DNA of 28,802 nucleotides. It comes from a virus (taxonomy: Duplodnaviria; Caudoviricetes). A program made the translations under genes and the position numbers. Under the pieces are notes generated by a model. The model did no database searches. It was not told the DNA's origin and was given only the letters and a program-made list of their open reading frames with translations. Position 1 is the stretch's first letter. Each line of letters begins with the position of its first letter. Positions 1 through 8,700 of this stretch are shown here, piece by piece. The stretch is from positions 1 to 28,802 of the IMG/VR virus record IMGVR_UViG_3300042402_001228, one strand, 5' to 3'.

Positions 1-2
1 TC

Positions 3-248
3 GCTATTGATGGCGACACACGCAAAGCAGTTATAGGCGACAAAGATTTAAGCGCGTTCGTAACAGAATGGGCGACCAGTGATGACGGCAAACATTATAT
101 TGCAGCACCACAGAATAACGGTGGTGGTGCAAGTGGTGGAAGTGGTAGCACTGGGCAACAAGTTGTAAGCCGTTCAACGTTTGACAATATGTCACACCCA
201 GAGCGGGCAAGTTTTGCAAAAAGTGGCGGCAAAGTTACAGAGTCTTAA
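3..248 (+). CDS. Capsid scaffolding protein, C-terminal part (5' truncated by window)
   Basis: Own translation of frame 3 (not in ORF track): AIDGDTRKAVIG...FVTEWATSDDGKHYIAAPQNNGGGASGGSG...SRSTFDNMSHPERASFAKSGGKVTES*. Gly-rich linker and 'F..MS..ER..F...GG.V' tail directly upstream of the capsid gene are typical of phage scaffolds. Confidence 0.75.
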   Translation, partial: AIDGDTRKAVIGDKDLSAFVTEWATSDDGKHYIAAPQNNGGGASGGSGSTGQQVVSRSTFDNMSHPERASFAKSGGKVTES

Positions 249-259
249 TTCCTGTTTTC

Positions 260-299
260 GATTGCCGTCTAATATTTATTTTTATTTTAGAAGGCAATC
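260..299 (+). promoter_or_regulatory. Hairpin covering the capsid gene ribosome-binding site
   Basis: GATTGCC-G-TCTAA (260-272) pairs with TTAGA-A-GGCAATC (287-299); the 3' arm contains AGAAGG (289-294), 8 nt before the ATG at 303. Confidence 0.55.
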
Positions 300-302
300 A
301 AG

Positions 303-1451
303 ATGGCAAATGTATTAAATTCGTTAGCAGCAGACATTTACAAAGCGGCAGATGTAGTCGGTCGTGAATTAGTTGGTTTTATCCCTTCATCTACCATCAA
401 TGGTGATGCAACAGACCGCGCTGCAAAAGGCGACACAATCCGTGCGGCATTCACTCGTACACCAAGCGTTAACACTTCATTTGCGCCTTCAATGACAATT
501 CCTGAAGGTACAGATCAAACCGTTGACAACAAAACAATGACGCTTGATTCTTATGCGTCTGTTCAGATTCCTTGGACGGGTGAAGATATTAAACACGTCA
601 ACAATGGTGCTGGATATGAAACCATTTATGGCGATCAAATTGCCCAAGCAATCCGCGCATTGTGCAACAAAATTGAGCAAGATTTATTCTCAGCTGCTTA
701 CAAAGGCGCATCACGCGCTGTAGGTTCAGCTGGCACTACACCATTCGCGTCTAACTTCGACACTATTGCGCAAGTGCGTCAAATCTTAGTTGATAACGGC
801 TGCCCTACTGATAACCAAATCAGCTTAGTGATGAACACAGCGGCTGGCGTTAAATTACGCAACCTTGCAACACTTCAACAAGTTAACACTTCAGGAAATG
901 AAGCGTTACTCCGCCAAGGTACTTTGCTTGATTTGCAAGGCATCATGATTAAAGAATCGGCTGGTATTACTACGCACACAAAAGGCGGTGGTACTTCTTA
1001 CGTTACTTCTGGTTCAACTGCTGTTGGTGTTACTGACATTGCATTGGTAACAGGTAGCGGCACAGTTCTAGCTGGTGACGTTGTAACATTTGCAGCGGAT
1101 ACCGTTAACAAATACGTTGTTGGTACTGGTGTTACTGCTGCTGGTACTATTTCATTAAATGCTCCAGGCGCACAAAAAGTCATTGCTACAGCAAACGCTT
1201 TAACAGTTGGCGATTCTTACACACCAAGTGTTGCTTTCCACAAATCAGCAGTTGAGTTAGGTATGCGCCCACCTGCAATGCCAAACGGTGGTGATTCTGC
1301 TGTTGACGTGATGACAGTACAAGACCCAACAAGCGGTTTAGTATTTGAAATTGCAGTTTATAAAGGTTACATGAAAACTATGCTTGAAGTACGTTGTTTG
1401 TATGGCGTAAAAGTATGGAAACCAAACCACGTTGCTACGTTGCTAGGTTAA
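303..1451 (+). CDS. Major capsid protein (HK97 fold, P22 coat/gp5-like, with beta-rich insertion domain)
   Basis: 382 aa; 'RELVGFIP', 'KGDTI', Thr/Gly-rich insertion with 'GDVVTFA', 'AFHKSA', C-terminal 'LYGVKVWKPN'; follows scaffold. Confidence 0.9.
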   Translation: MANVLNSLAADIYKAADVVGRELVGFIPSSTINGDATDRAAKGDTIRAAFTRTPSVNTSFAPSMTIPEGTDQTVDNKTMTLDSYASVQIPWTGEDIKHVNNGAGYETIYGDQIAQAIRALCNKIEQDLFSAAYKGASRAVGSAGTTPFASNFDTIAQVRQILVDNGCPTDNQISLVMNTAAGVKLRNLATLQQVNTSGNEALLRQGTLLDLQGIMIKESAGITTHTKGGGTSYVTSGSTAVGVTDIALVTGSGTVLAGDVVTFAADTVNKYVVGTGVTAAGTISLNAPGAQKVIATANALTVGDSYTPSVAFHKSAVELGMRPPAMPNGGDSAVDVMTVQDPTSGLVFEIAVYKGYMKTMLEVRCLYGVKVWKPNHVATLLG

Positions 1452-1459
1452 TTTTTTCA

Positions 1460-1510
1460 GGGGGTTCGCGTTCGTTCCTGTTCGCGTTCTCCCGCCTTTA
1501 TTTATGGCGG
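1460..1510 (+). promoter_or_regulatory. Two overlapping hairpins between capsid gene and next gene
   Basis: GGGGG-TT-CGCG (1460-1470) / CGCG-TT-CTCCC (1483-1493); CCGCC (1492-1496) / GGCGG (1506-1510); direct repeat GTTCGCGTTC at 1464-1473 and 1480-1489. Confidence 0.45.
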
Positions 1511-1514
1511 ACTT

Positions 1515-1994
1515 ATGAAGCATTACGTTTGCAAAATAGCAACAAAACCAACCACCGTAACAGCGGGGACGGTTTATCAGGCGTTTGTTAATACTGATGA
1601 CACATCACTGCGTATAACAAAAATGCACATCCAGCTAGATAGCGCAGACGCGCACGGCAGTGGTAATTCAGTTTATGCGTTTGCTCGCATTAAAGGCACA
1701 CCAACAAGCGGCACAACGTTAACCGTAACAAAGTACGACAATCAAAACGAGCCTAGCAAAATGTTATGCTTACGCAATCAAGCGGGTTTAGATATGACAG
1801 GCGTGACGCAAGAGCCTTATTTTTTGGAACGCTCAGTTATTTCTAAATTTACTGGAAATGCGTCAACTATTGAGTTTGACAATAATGGTGAAGGTTTTAT
1901 ATTGGCAAAAAATGAAGGTTTAATTATTTTTGCTGATAACGCAGTTATTTCTGGCAGTGGAGTTTACGGCATGATTGAATGGATGGAGGATTAA
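1515..1994 (+). CDS. Hypothetical virion protein, possibly head decoration
   Basis: 159 aa, beta-strand-like alternating pattern, between capsid and head-tail adaptor; no family recognised. Confidence 0.55.
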   Translation: MKHYVCKIATKPTTVTAGTVYQAFVNTDDTSLRITKMHIQLDSADAHGSGNSVYAFARIKGTPTSGTTLTVTKYDNQNEPSKMLCLRNQAGLDMTGVTQEPYFLERSVISKFTGNASTIEFDNNGEGFILAKNEGLIIFADNAVISGSGVYGMIEWMED

Positions 1995-1997
1995 ACT

Positions 1998-2528
1998 ATG
2001 GCTTTAATCGTTGAAGACGGCACTGGACTTGCAAACGCTGAAAGCTATGTTTCAGTTGCAGACGCGACAACCTACCATGCAAATATTGGCAACACAGCTT
2101 GGGCGGCAATTACAAGTGATGCAACAAAAGAACAATTACTGCGCAAAGCCACAGATTATATGGTGGCTCAATATCGTTTGCAATATGCGGGTTATCGCAG
2201 ATACTCAACACAGTCGCTTGATTGGCCGCGCTTATACGTTCCATTGATTGATTCCTTATCAGCAAATGTTTTTCCGCAATATGTGGATTTTGACATTGTG
2301 CCAACTACTGTAAAAAATGCGTGTGCTGAATTAGCGTTAAAATCTTACACAGCTATTTTAATGCAGGATTTAACGCAAGGCGTTATTCGTGAAAAAGTAG
2401 ACGTTATTGAGGTGGAATATGATAAATATTCACCACAGCAAACCCGCTATGCTCAAATTGACGCCATGTTATCCGTGTTTTTTAAACAACAAGGCAATGA
2501 TATGTCGAGATCATTGGTGAGAACATGA
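1998..2528 (+). CDS. Head-tail adaptor (DnaT-like phage family)
   Basis: N-terminal 'MALIVEDGTGLANAESYVSVADA', 'L..ATDY', 'Q.LDWPR', 'P..VKNACAELA', 'REKVDVIEVEY'; GGAGG RBS upstream. Confidence 0.85.
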   Translation: MALIVEDGTGLANAESYVSVADATTYHANIGNTAWAAITSDATKEQLLRKATDYMVAQYRLQYAGYRRYSTQSLDWPRLYVPLIDSLSANVFPQYVDFDIVPTTVKNACAELALKSYTAILMQDLTQGVIREKVDVIEVEYDKYSPQQTRYAQIDAMLSVFFKQQGNDMSRSLVRT

Positions 2529-2884
2529 CACTTGATGCTCGCGCTCGCTCCACAGCAGATAAATTGCTGGATAAGTTTGGCAAATCAATCACGCTAACAT
2601 CTATTGTTGAGGGCACTTATGACCCAACAACGGGGGAGTTATCGGGCGGAACAACAACATCCACTAATCATACTGCTGTTATCAAAGACTATAACGGAAT
2701 TGATTTTATTAGCGGTGTAGTGCAAGCGGGCGACAGAAAGGTAATGATCGCGGCATTAGGCGCACCAACGCCACAGCCAGCCGATAAAGTAACCGTTGAT
2801 AGTGAAGTTTATCAAGTGGTGGCGGTTCGTCATATATGGTCGGGTGAATTGCCCGCGCTTTATGAAATGCAGGTGAGAAAATGA
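2525..2884 (+). CDS. Head closure / head-tail joining protein
   Basis: 119 aa; 'LL.KFG..ITL', 'YDPTTG', 'VQAGDRKV', C-terminal 'Y.MQVRK'; ATGA overlaps at both ends. Confidence 0.75.
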   Translation: MTLDARARSTADKLLDKFGKSITLTSIVEGTYDPTTGELSGGTTTSTNHTAVIKDYNGIDFISGVVQAGDRKVMIAALGAPTPQPADKVTVDSEVYQVVAVRHIWSGELPALYEMQVRK

Positions 2885-3237
2885 CAGGTGCAATGTCGCA
2901 AATTGTGGCGCGTGTTAATGGTCGCATTGATGACCAAATAAGAATGGCAACGCTTGGCGTATTTATTGGAATTAGAAAAGATACACCAGTTGATACTGGA
3001 CGCGCTCGCAATAATTGGCAATGCACAATTGGTGCGCCTTTTGTTGGTGAAGATGCAAGCGGTTCGGATGAGAAAATACAAAGAACTATTCCACGCAGAG
3101 CTGGAAGTGTTGTGTATTTAACCAATAACGTGCAATACATTCAGCCATTAGAATATGGACACAGCACAAAATCACCCAATGGCATGGTTAGAATAAACGT
3201 TGCACGTTTTGAGGGGTTATTAAATGGCACTAGTTGA
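2881..3237 (+). CDS. Neck / tail completion protein (HK97 gp10-like)
   Basis: 'TPVDTGRARNNW', 'YLTNNVQYI..LEYGHS', 'P.GMVR' motifs. Confidence 0.85.
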   Translation: MTGAMSQIVARVNGRIDDQIRMATLGVFIGIRKDTPVDTGRARNNWQCTIGAPFVGEDASGSDEKIQRTIPRRAGSVVYLTNNVQYIQPLEYGHSTKSPNGMVRINVARFEGLLNGTS

Positions 3238-3631
3238 GATCCGTACCGCATTAGAAACAAAACTCAATGCGCTAACGCCTACACTTGCGACAGCGTGGGA
3301 AAACGTACCTTTTACGCCCGTCGTTGGCACAGCATATCAGCAAGTTAATTTAATGATTGCAGATACATTAAACCCAACATTAGGCGGCAATCATTATCGC
3401 GTAAAAGGATTTATGCAGGTAATGTTATGTTATCCGGCTAACGTAGGCGCAAAAACAGCAGCAACCCGCGTTGATTTATTGGTTAATCATTTTAAACGCG
3501 GTACAAGTTTAACAAACGGCAGTGTAACTGTTATTATTGACAAGACACCATCAATTGCACCGGCATTGATTGACGGGGTGCTTTATAAAATTCCGGTATC
3601 AATTTATTTTTCAGCAGATATTTATCCATAA
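3224..3631 (+). CDS. Tail terminator protein
   Basis: 135 aa; 'AWENV.FTP', 'G.MQV...YP...G', 'F.RG'; immediately upstream of tail tube gene. Confidence 0.8.
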   Translation: MALVEIRTALETKLNALTPTLATAWENVPFTPVVGTAYQQVNLMIADTLNPTLGGNHYRVKGFMQVMLCYPANVGAKTAATRVDLLVNHFKRGTSLTNGSVTVIIDKTPSIAPALIDGVLYKIPVSIYFSADIYP

Positions 3632-3642
3632 GAGGTTACAAA

Positions 3643-4857
3643 ATGACAATTGCACAAGGCATTAGCAAAAAGATTATCTACAAAAAACAATCTGGTTTAG
3701 GTTCTCCAGCAACAGGAAGTGGCGGTCAAGATTTACGCAGAACGTCTGCGACCTTAAATTTGGCTAAAGAAACTTATCAATCAAATGAGATTCGACCAGA
3801 TCAACAAGTTGCCGATATGCGTCACGGCACAAAACAAATCAGCGGCACAATTAGCGGTGAATTATCGTCTAAAACCTATCAAGAATTTTTTGCAGCGGTT
3901 TTGCGTAAAGATTTCGCTGCTACGTTTACAGCAATCACAGGTTTGTCATTAACGATTGCCACAAGCGGCTCAAATTACACTATCACACGCGGCACAGGTG
4001 ATTTTTTAACTGGTGGCGTAAAAGTAGGTCAAGTCGTTAACATTACCGCAGGCAGCGTTAATGCCGCAAACTTAAACAACCGTGTTGTGGTGTTATCATT
4101 AACAACAACAGCATTAACCGTTAAACCATTAGGCGCAACTGCTTTAGTGGCGGAAGGTCCGATTGCCTCATGCACTTTATCAGACGCTGGTAAATCGTCT
4201 TATGTACCATCATCAAGTCACACTAATGATTATTTTAGTGTTGAGGCTTGGTATAGTGATTTAGCGCAATCTGAATTATTTACCGATATTAAACCAACAA
4301 ACGCTCAGGTTAAAATTCCATCTAATGGCATGGCTACTGTTGATTTTCCTTTGATTGGTTTAAATTTAACCACTAATACAACTCAGCAAATCACTTCAAC
4401 TACAGCAACCACAACAACAGGTATTGATAGCGGTGCAAATGGTGTATTAATCGTTAACGGCACACCTTATGCAACTATTACATCAATTGATTTTGACGTT
4501 AATGGCAATATAGCCGCTGCTGATGGCGTAGTGGGTAGCACACTGCGTCCTGACGTATTTAGCGGAACAGTTGCAGTTACTGGAACAATCACTGCGCATT
4601 TTGACAGCGTCACATTGCGTGATTTATTTATCAATGAATCTGAAGCAACTATTGTTGTGGCGTTAGCGGCTACTGCTGCAAAAAACACAGATTTTGTTGC
4701 GTTCACGTTGCCACGCGTTAAATTTAGCGGTGCAGACATTGATGATGTGCAAACAGGTTTAAAACGTACATTGCCTTTCACTGCAATTAAAAATGAAGTG
4801 TCTGGCACAGGTCTTGAAGTAACCACTATTGTTATTCAAGATTCGCAGGCTGCGTAG
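3643..4857 (+). CDS. Major tail tube protein with internal beta-rich accessory domain
   Basis: 404 aa; 'Y.SNEIR.D.Q....RHG...ISG.ISGELS', 'V.GTIT.HF', 'FTLPRVKF', 'LPFTA'; GAGG RBS; between terminator and chaperone genes. Confidence 0.85.
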   Translation: MTIAQGISKKIIYKKQSGLGSPATGSGGQDLRRTSATLNLAKETYQSNEIRPDQQVADMRHGTKQISGTISGELSSKTYQEFFAAVLRKDFAATFTAITGLSLTIATSGSNYTITRGTGDFLTGGVKVGQVVNITAGSVNAANLNNRVVVLSLTTTALTVKPLGATALVAEGPIASCTLSDAGKSSYVPSSSHTNDYFSVEAWYSDLAQSELFTDIKPTNAQVKIPSNGMATVDFPLIGLNLTTNTTQQITSTTATTTTGIDSGANGVLIVNGTPYATITSIDFDVNGNIAAADGVVGSTLRPDVFSGTVAVTGTITAHFDSVTLRDLFINESEATIVVALAATAAKNTDFVAFTLPRVKFSGADIDDVQTGLKRTLPFTAIKNEVSGTGLEVTTIVIQDSQAA

Positions 4858-4886
4858 TGTAAATCCTGTCGGTTATGCTACAATGG

Positions 4887-4923
4887 AAACCGCTGCAATC
4901 TTTTAGGTTGTAGCGGTTTTTTT
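4887..4923 (+). terminator. Rho-independent terminator after tail tube gene
   Basis: AAACCGCTGCAATCT-TTT-AGGTTGTAGCGGTTT, 15-bp stem with two G-U pairs, T-run 4917-4923. Confidence 0.8.
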
Positions 4924-4944
4924 AATTTAACGACAGGTAAAAAC

Positions 4945-5349
4945 ATGAACAAAACAGAATTATTATCCATTGATGATTTAGATTTAACAGCGGCAAGTGA
5001 CGCGCCTTTTGATTTAGAAGTGTTAAGCATTAAAGGCGTAAAAACTGGCATTACAATTCAAGTATTAGGCACTGAAAGCCAAAAAGTACAAGAATGGACA
5101 AATCGTCAAGCAAACAGAATCAGAACCCAAGCAACGCAAAAAAGTGTTACTGGCAAAGATAAGGTTAGAACTGCTGAAGAAGATGACGAGTATATTATCG
5201 AAAGCGCAGCGGTTCGCATTGTTGGTTGGTCTGGTTTAAAAGATGAATTTACAAAAGACAATGCAACAAAGTTAATGGCTAGAAATGTTCATGTCAGAAT
5301 GCAGGTATTGACTGCATCGAATGACTTGGGAAACTACAGCAAAGACTGA
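4945..5349 (+). CDS. Tail assembly chaperone (lambda gpG analogue)
   Basis: 134 aa between tail tube and tape measure genes; 'TGI.I.VLG.ES', 'IVGWSG', ends with slippery heptamer. Confidence 0.85.
   Translation: MNKTELLSIDDLDLTAASDAPFDLEVLSIKGVKTGITIQVLGTESQKVQEWTNRQANRIRTQATQKSVTGKDKVRTAEEDDEYIIESAAVRIVGWSGLKDEFTKDNATKLMARNVHVRMQVLTASNDLGNYSKD
5328..5334 (+). promoter_or_regulatory. Programmed -1 ribosomal frameshift site G GGA AAC
   Basis: X XXY YYZ heptamer in the correct phase (TTG GGA AAC); the -1 frame GGG AAA CTA CAG... is open and continuous with ORF 5373..5711. Confidence 0.85.
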
Positions 5350-5711
5350 TTCGTGATCTTGTTGATTATGCAGTGCGCGAATTTGAGCTAACAACAAAAG
5401 ATGCAAACGGAAATAGCTTAAAAGATGAAGCCGAAAGCCTTTTAAGGCAACGCGGCTATATACCACCAGAATATGAATCATTGCCGTTTCCGCATTTAGT
5501 GGGGCATATCTGGGGATGGTTTATTGAGCTAACACGCACACGCGGGAGCAATGGATTTGGTGCTAATGCAATTAGTTACACCGAGATTGATTCATGGGCT
5601 AGGCTTACAAGGCGAAAACCAACAGCATTAGAGATTTATGCGTTAACACAACTAGACGCTGCATATTTAGCAGAGCAATCTAAACAGTCACAAAGTAAAG
5701 GCAAAAAATAA
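5328..5711 (+). CDS. Tail assembly chaperone frameshift extension (gpT analogue); fusion about 255 aa from 4945
   Basis: 'H.W.WF.EL...R...GFG..AISY.EI..W..L......E...L..LD..YL' pattern; no clear RBS at GTG 5373; stop overlaps tape measure ATG. Confidence 0.8.
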   Translation, partial: GKLQQRLIRDLVDYAVREFELTTKDANGNSLKDEAESLLRQRGYIPPEYESLPFPHLVGHIWGWFIELTRTRGSNGFGANAISYTEIDSWARLTRRKPTALEIYALTQLDAAYLAEQSKQSQSKGKK

Positions 5712-8700
5712 TGGCAACCGAAGAACATAGCATTCGCGTTAGTGTTGATTCTACAGACGTTACTCGTGCAGAGCGTAGTTTACATGGATTAACTAATGCA
5801 ACAATTAGCACTGAACGAAATTTAAGTTCATTATCGTCAACAGCTAGAGCATCTTCGGCTGCCTTATCCGGTTTATCAGGTGTTCTTGGTGGGCTTAGTG
5901 TTGCACAATTTTCAAAAAGCGTTTTTGAAGTAAATAAAGAAATGCAAACGTTAAGAGTTTCACTTGAAACCGTAACGGGAAGTGCTAAAAATGCTGAAAT
6001 TGCATTTCAGTCAATTCAGAAATTTGCATCAACAACACCTTATTCAGTCAAGGAAATAACTGAAGCATTTATTAAAATGAAAGCGTTAGGGCTTGCGCCA
6101 ACAGAGGCAGCATTAACGTCATTTGGTAATACTGCAAGCGCAATGGGAAAGCCGTTAAAGCAAATGATTGACGCAGTAGCAGGCGCAACAACAGGAGAAA
6201 TGGATAGATTAAAAGAATTTGGTATTAAAGCAAGCAAACAAGGTGACGATATTAAATTTACGTTTAAAGGCGTTACAACAACTGTAAAAGATAATTCAGC
6301 AGATATTGTTAAATATTTAGAAAAAATAGGAAATACTGATTTTGCTGGTGGCATGGAAAGACAAGGAAAAACCATGCAAGGGACGCTTTCAAGTCTTGCT
6401 GATTCATGGGACGCTTTTCAAGATCATATTTTAAACGGGGCAGCAGAAAACTCTATTGCTCAATGGGTAGGAAACGCAACTAATTTATTATCAAGGTTTG
6501 ATGCTTGGATAAATGGTGCATTTACTAAACAAGGAAAATTAATTGAATTACGAACAGCACAAGCGTCGGCACTGGAAAAAATAACAGCAAGTGAAAAAAA
6601 CGGCTTTGGGGGACGTGTTGCTGATGCTGTAGGTGAAGCAGTTTGGGGTTATAGCATAGAAAATGAAAAGAAAAAACTTGCTGAAATTGGCAAGCAAATG
6701 GAAAACATAAAAAAAGAAATTGCTGCCGATGCAATTACGGCAACAAAAATAACCGCAGCCGCGCCAATAGATAAAAAAACAGAAGAAACTACAAAAGCAA
6801 AAAAAGGATTGAGTGACGCACAAAAAGAATTAAATCGACAACAAGATGAATATCAACGCCTAATTGAATCCACACCTTATGGCGAATATAACGCAACTAT
6901 TGATAAATTAACTATAGCGTTAAAAAATGGTGGAATAAACCAATCAACTTATTCAACATTGCTTAATGAGGCTAACACTAGATTATTAGATTCAACTGAA
7001 TATGTAAAAGAAAATACAAAAGCTATTGAAGACCAAACACAAGCAAAGCAACGCGCATTAGAAGGAACAGCTCGCGGAAAGTTTGAAAAAGGCTATAGTG
7101 AATTAATGACGCAAAAACCTTATATGTCCGATACTGAATACTCAGCAGGGCAGGATAAGCTAAACGCTGATTATTTAACTCAGCAGCAGGGTGTTGATTT
7201 TAAAACTCCAGCAGAGCAAGGAAAAGAGGCTTTAAAAGCGTTTAACGATGAAATGGATAATACATCAAAGGCGTTTGATAAATTAGGCAACAGCGGCTCA
7301 ATGGCGTTTGATGGAATACTTGGCGGCATTAGCGCGGTAGCAGGTGCGGCTTCATCATTTGCTACTGAAATAATAAAAATCAGCGACAAGCAACAATCGT
7401 CTCAAGAAAAATATGACGCAGTAATTAAATCAGTAGGTGTAACAGAATCAGAAAAAGCAGATGCCACAAAGAAATTTGCAGCAGATAAAATAAAATTAGA
7501 CGCTCAGGCATTTTCGGCAGAAATAAGCGGAGCGCGTCAAATTGCGGGAGCTACTGCAAAATTGTTTGGCGAAAAATCAGCCGCACGCAAAGCATTTCAC
7601 GCAATTGAAATGGGTATGTCGGTTATTGAAATGGCAATGGCAGCAAAGAAAATGATTGTTGATGTTGCTGCTGGTGCTGCAAATATGTTTAAACAAGGTG
7701 GGTTTGCTGGGTTTGCTGGTGTTGCGGCAATGGCGGCTGTTATGGGCGGACTTGGTTTTGCTATGGCCGGTGGTGGCGATAAAGTCACAGATTTAACAAC
7801 ACCTGAAACATCAACCACTGGGAGCGTGTTAGGCTCAGACGGTGCCTCAGCATCAATCAAAAACATTGTTGACACACTTAATTCAATTCATGCAAGTGAA
7901 TATGTTGAGCTGCAAGGAATCAATAGTAACTTTCAAAATTTAACTAAATTAACAACAACATCATTAGCGTTAGCACTTAGAGATAAAGGGGCGTTTTCTT
8001 ACAATACAAATGGTTTTAAAAATACTGGGGCGTCGGTGTTATCCGCTGCAAATACAGCATCTACAGCTTTAACATTAGGTGTTGGCGGTTTGCTTGGATT
8101 TGGATTATCAATGCTTTTAGGGATTGGTAGTGTTAAATTTGAAGCGGTAGGTGGCGGTATTGTTAGCAAAGCTCAAAAGTTAATGCTTGATGGAATGGAA
8201 AAGCAAATTGAAGTCATGGACTATACTAAAATAAAGAAAACCGTCACCGGCTGGTTTAGCAATGATGTCACTTACTTTGATGTGATTACCGGACCTAATA
8301 GCCAGTTAACTAAATTATTTCAACAAGTTTTTAGTAATGTAGGCACAACATTATTGCAAGCTGCTACAGATTCATTTAAAGATACGTCGCTTTTAAATAC
8401 TGATTTAACACTACCGCGAATTAAATTATCTTTAAAATCTGGCGAAAAAAACAACGCAGAAAATCAAAAGAAAATTGAGGATGCAATCAACAAAGCAAGT
8501 GACGACATTGCAAGTCAAGCGTTTGGGCGTTACTTATCCGCATTCCAGCAAATGGGCGAGGGATTGTACGAAACTACAATTAGACTTTCAGCGCAAGCTG
8601 CTGTGGCTAGTGGCGGAATGGAAAAGTTGGGCATGAAAACTAATTTGACAGGCTTAGGGTTGATTACATTTTCTGATTCCTTAACTCGTGCATTTGGCGG

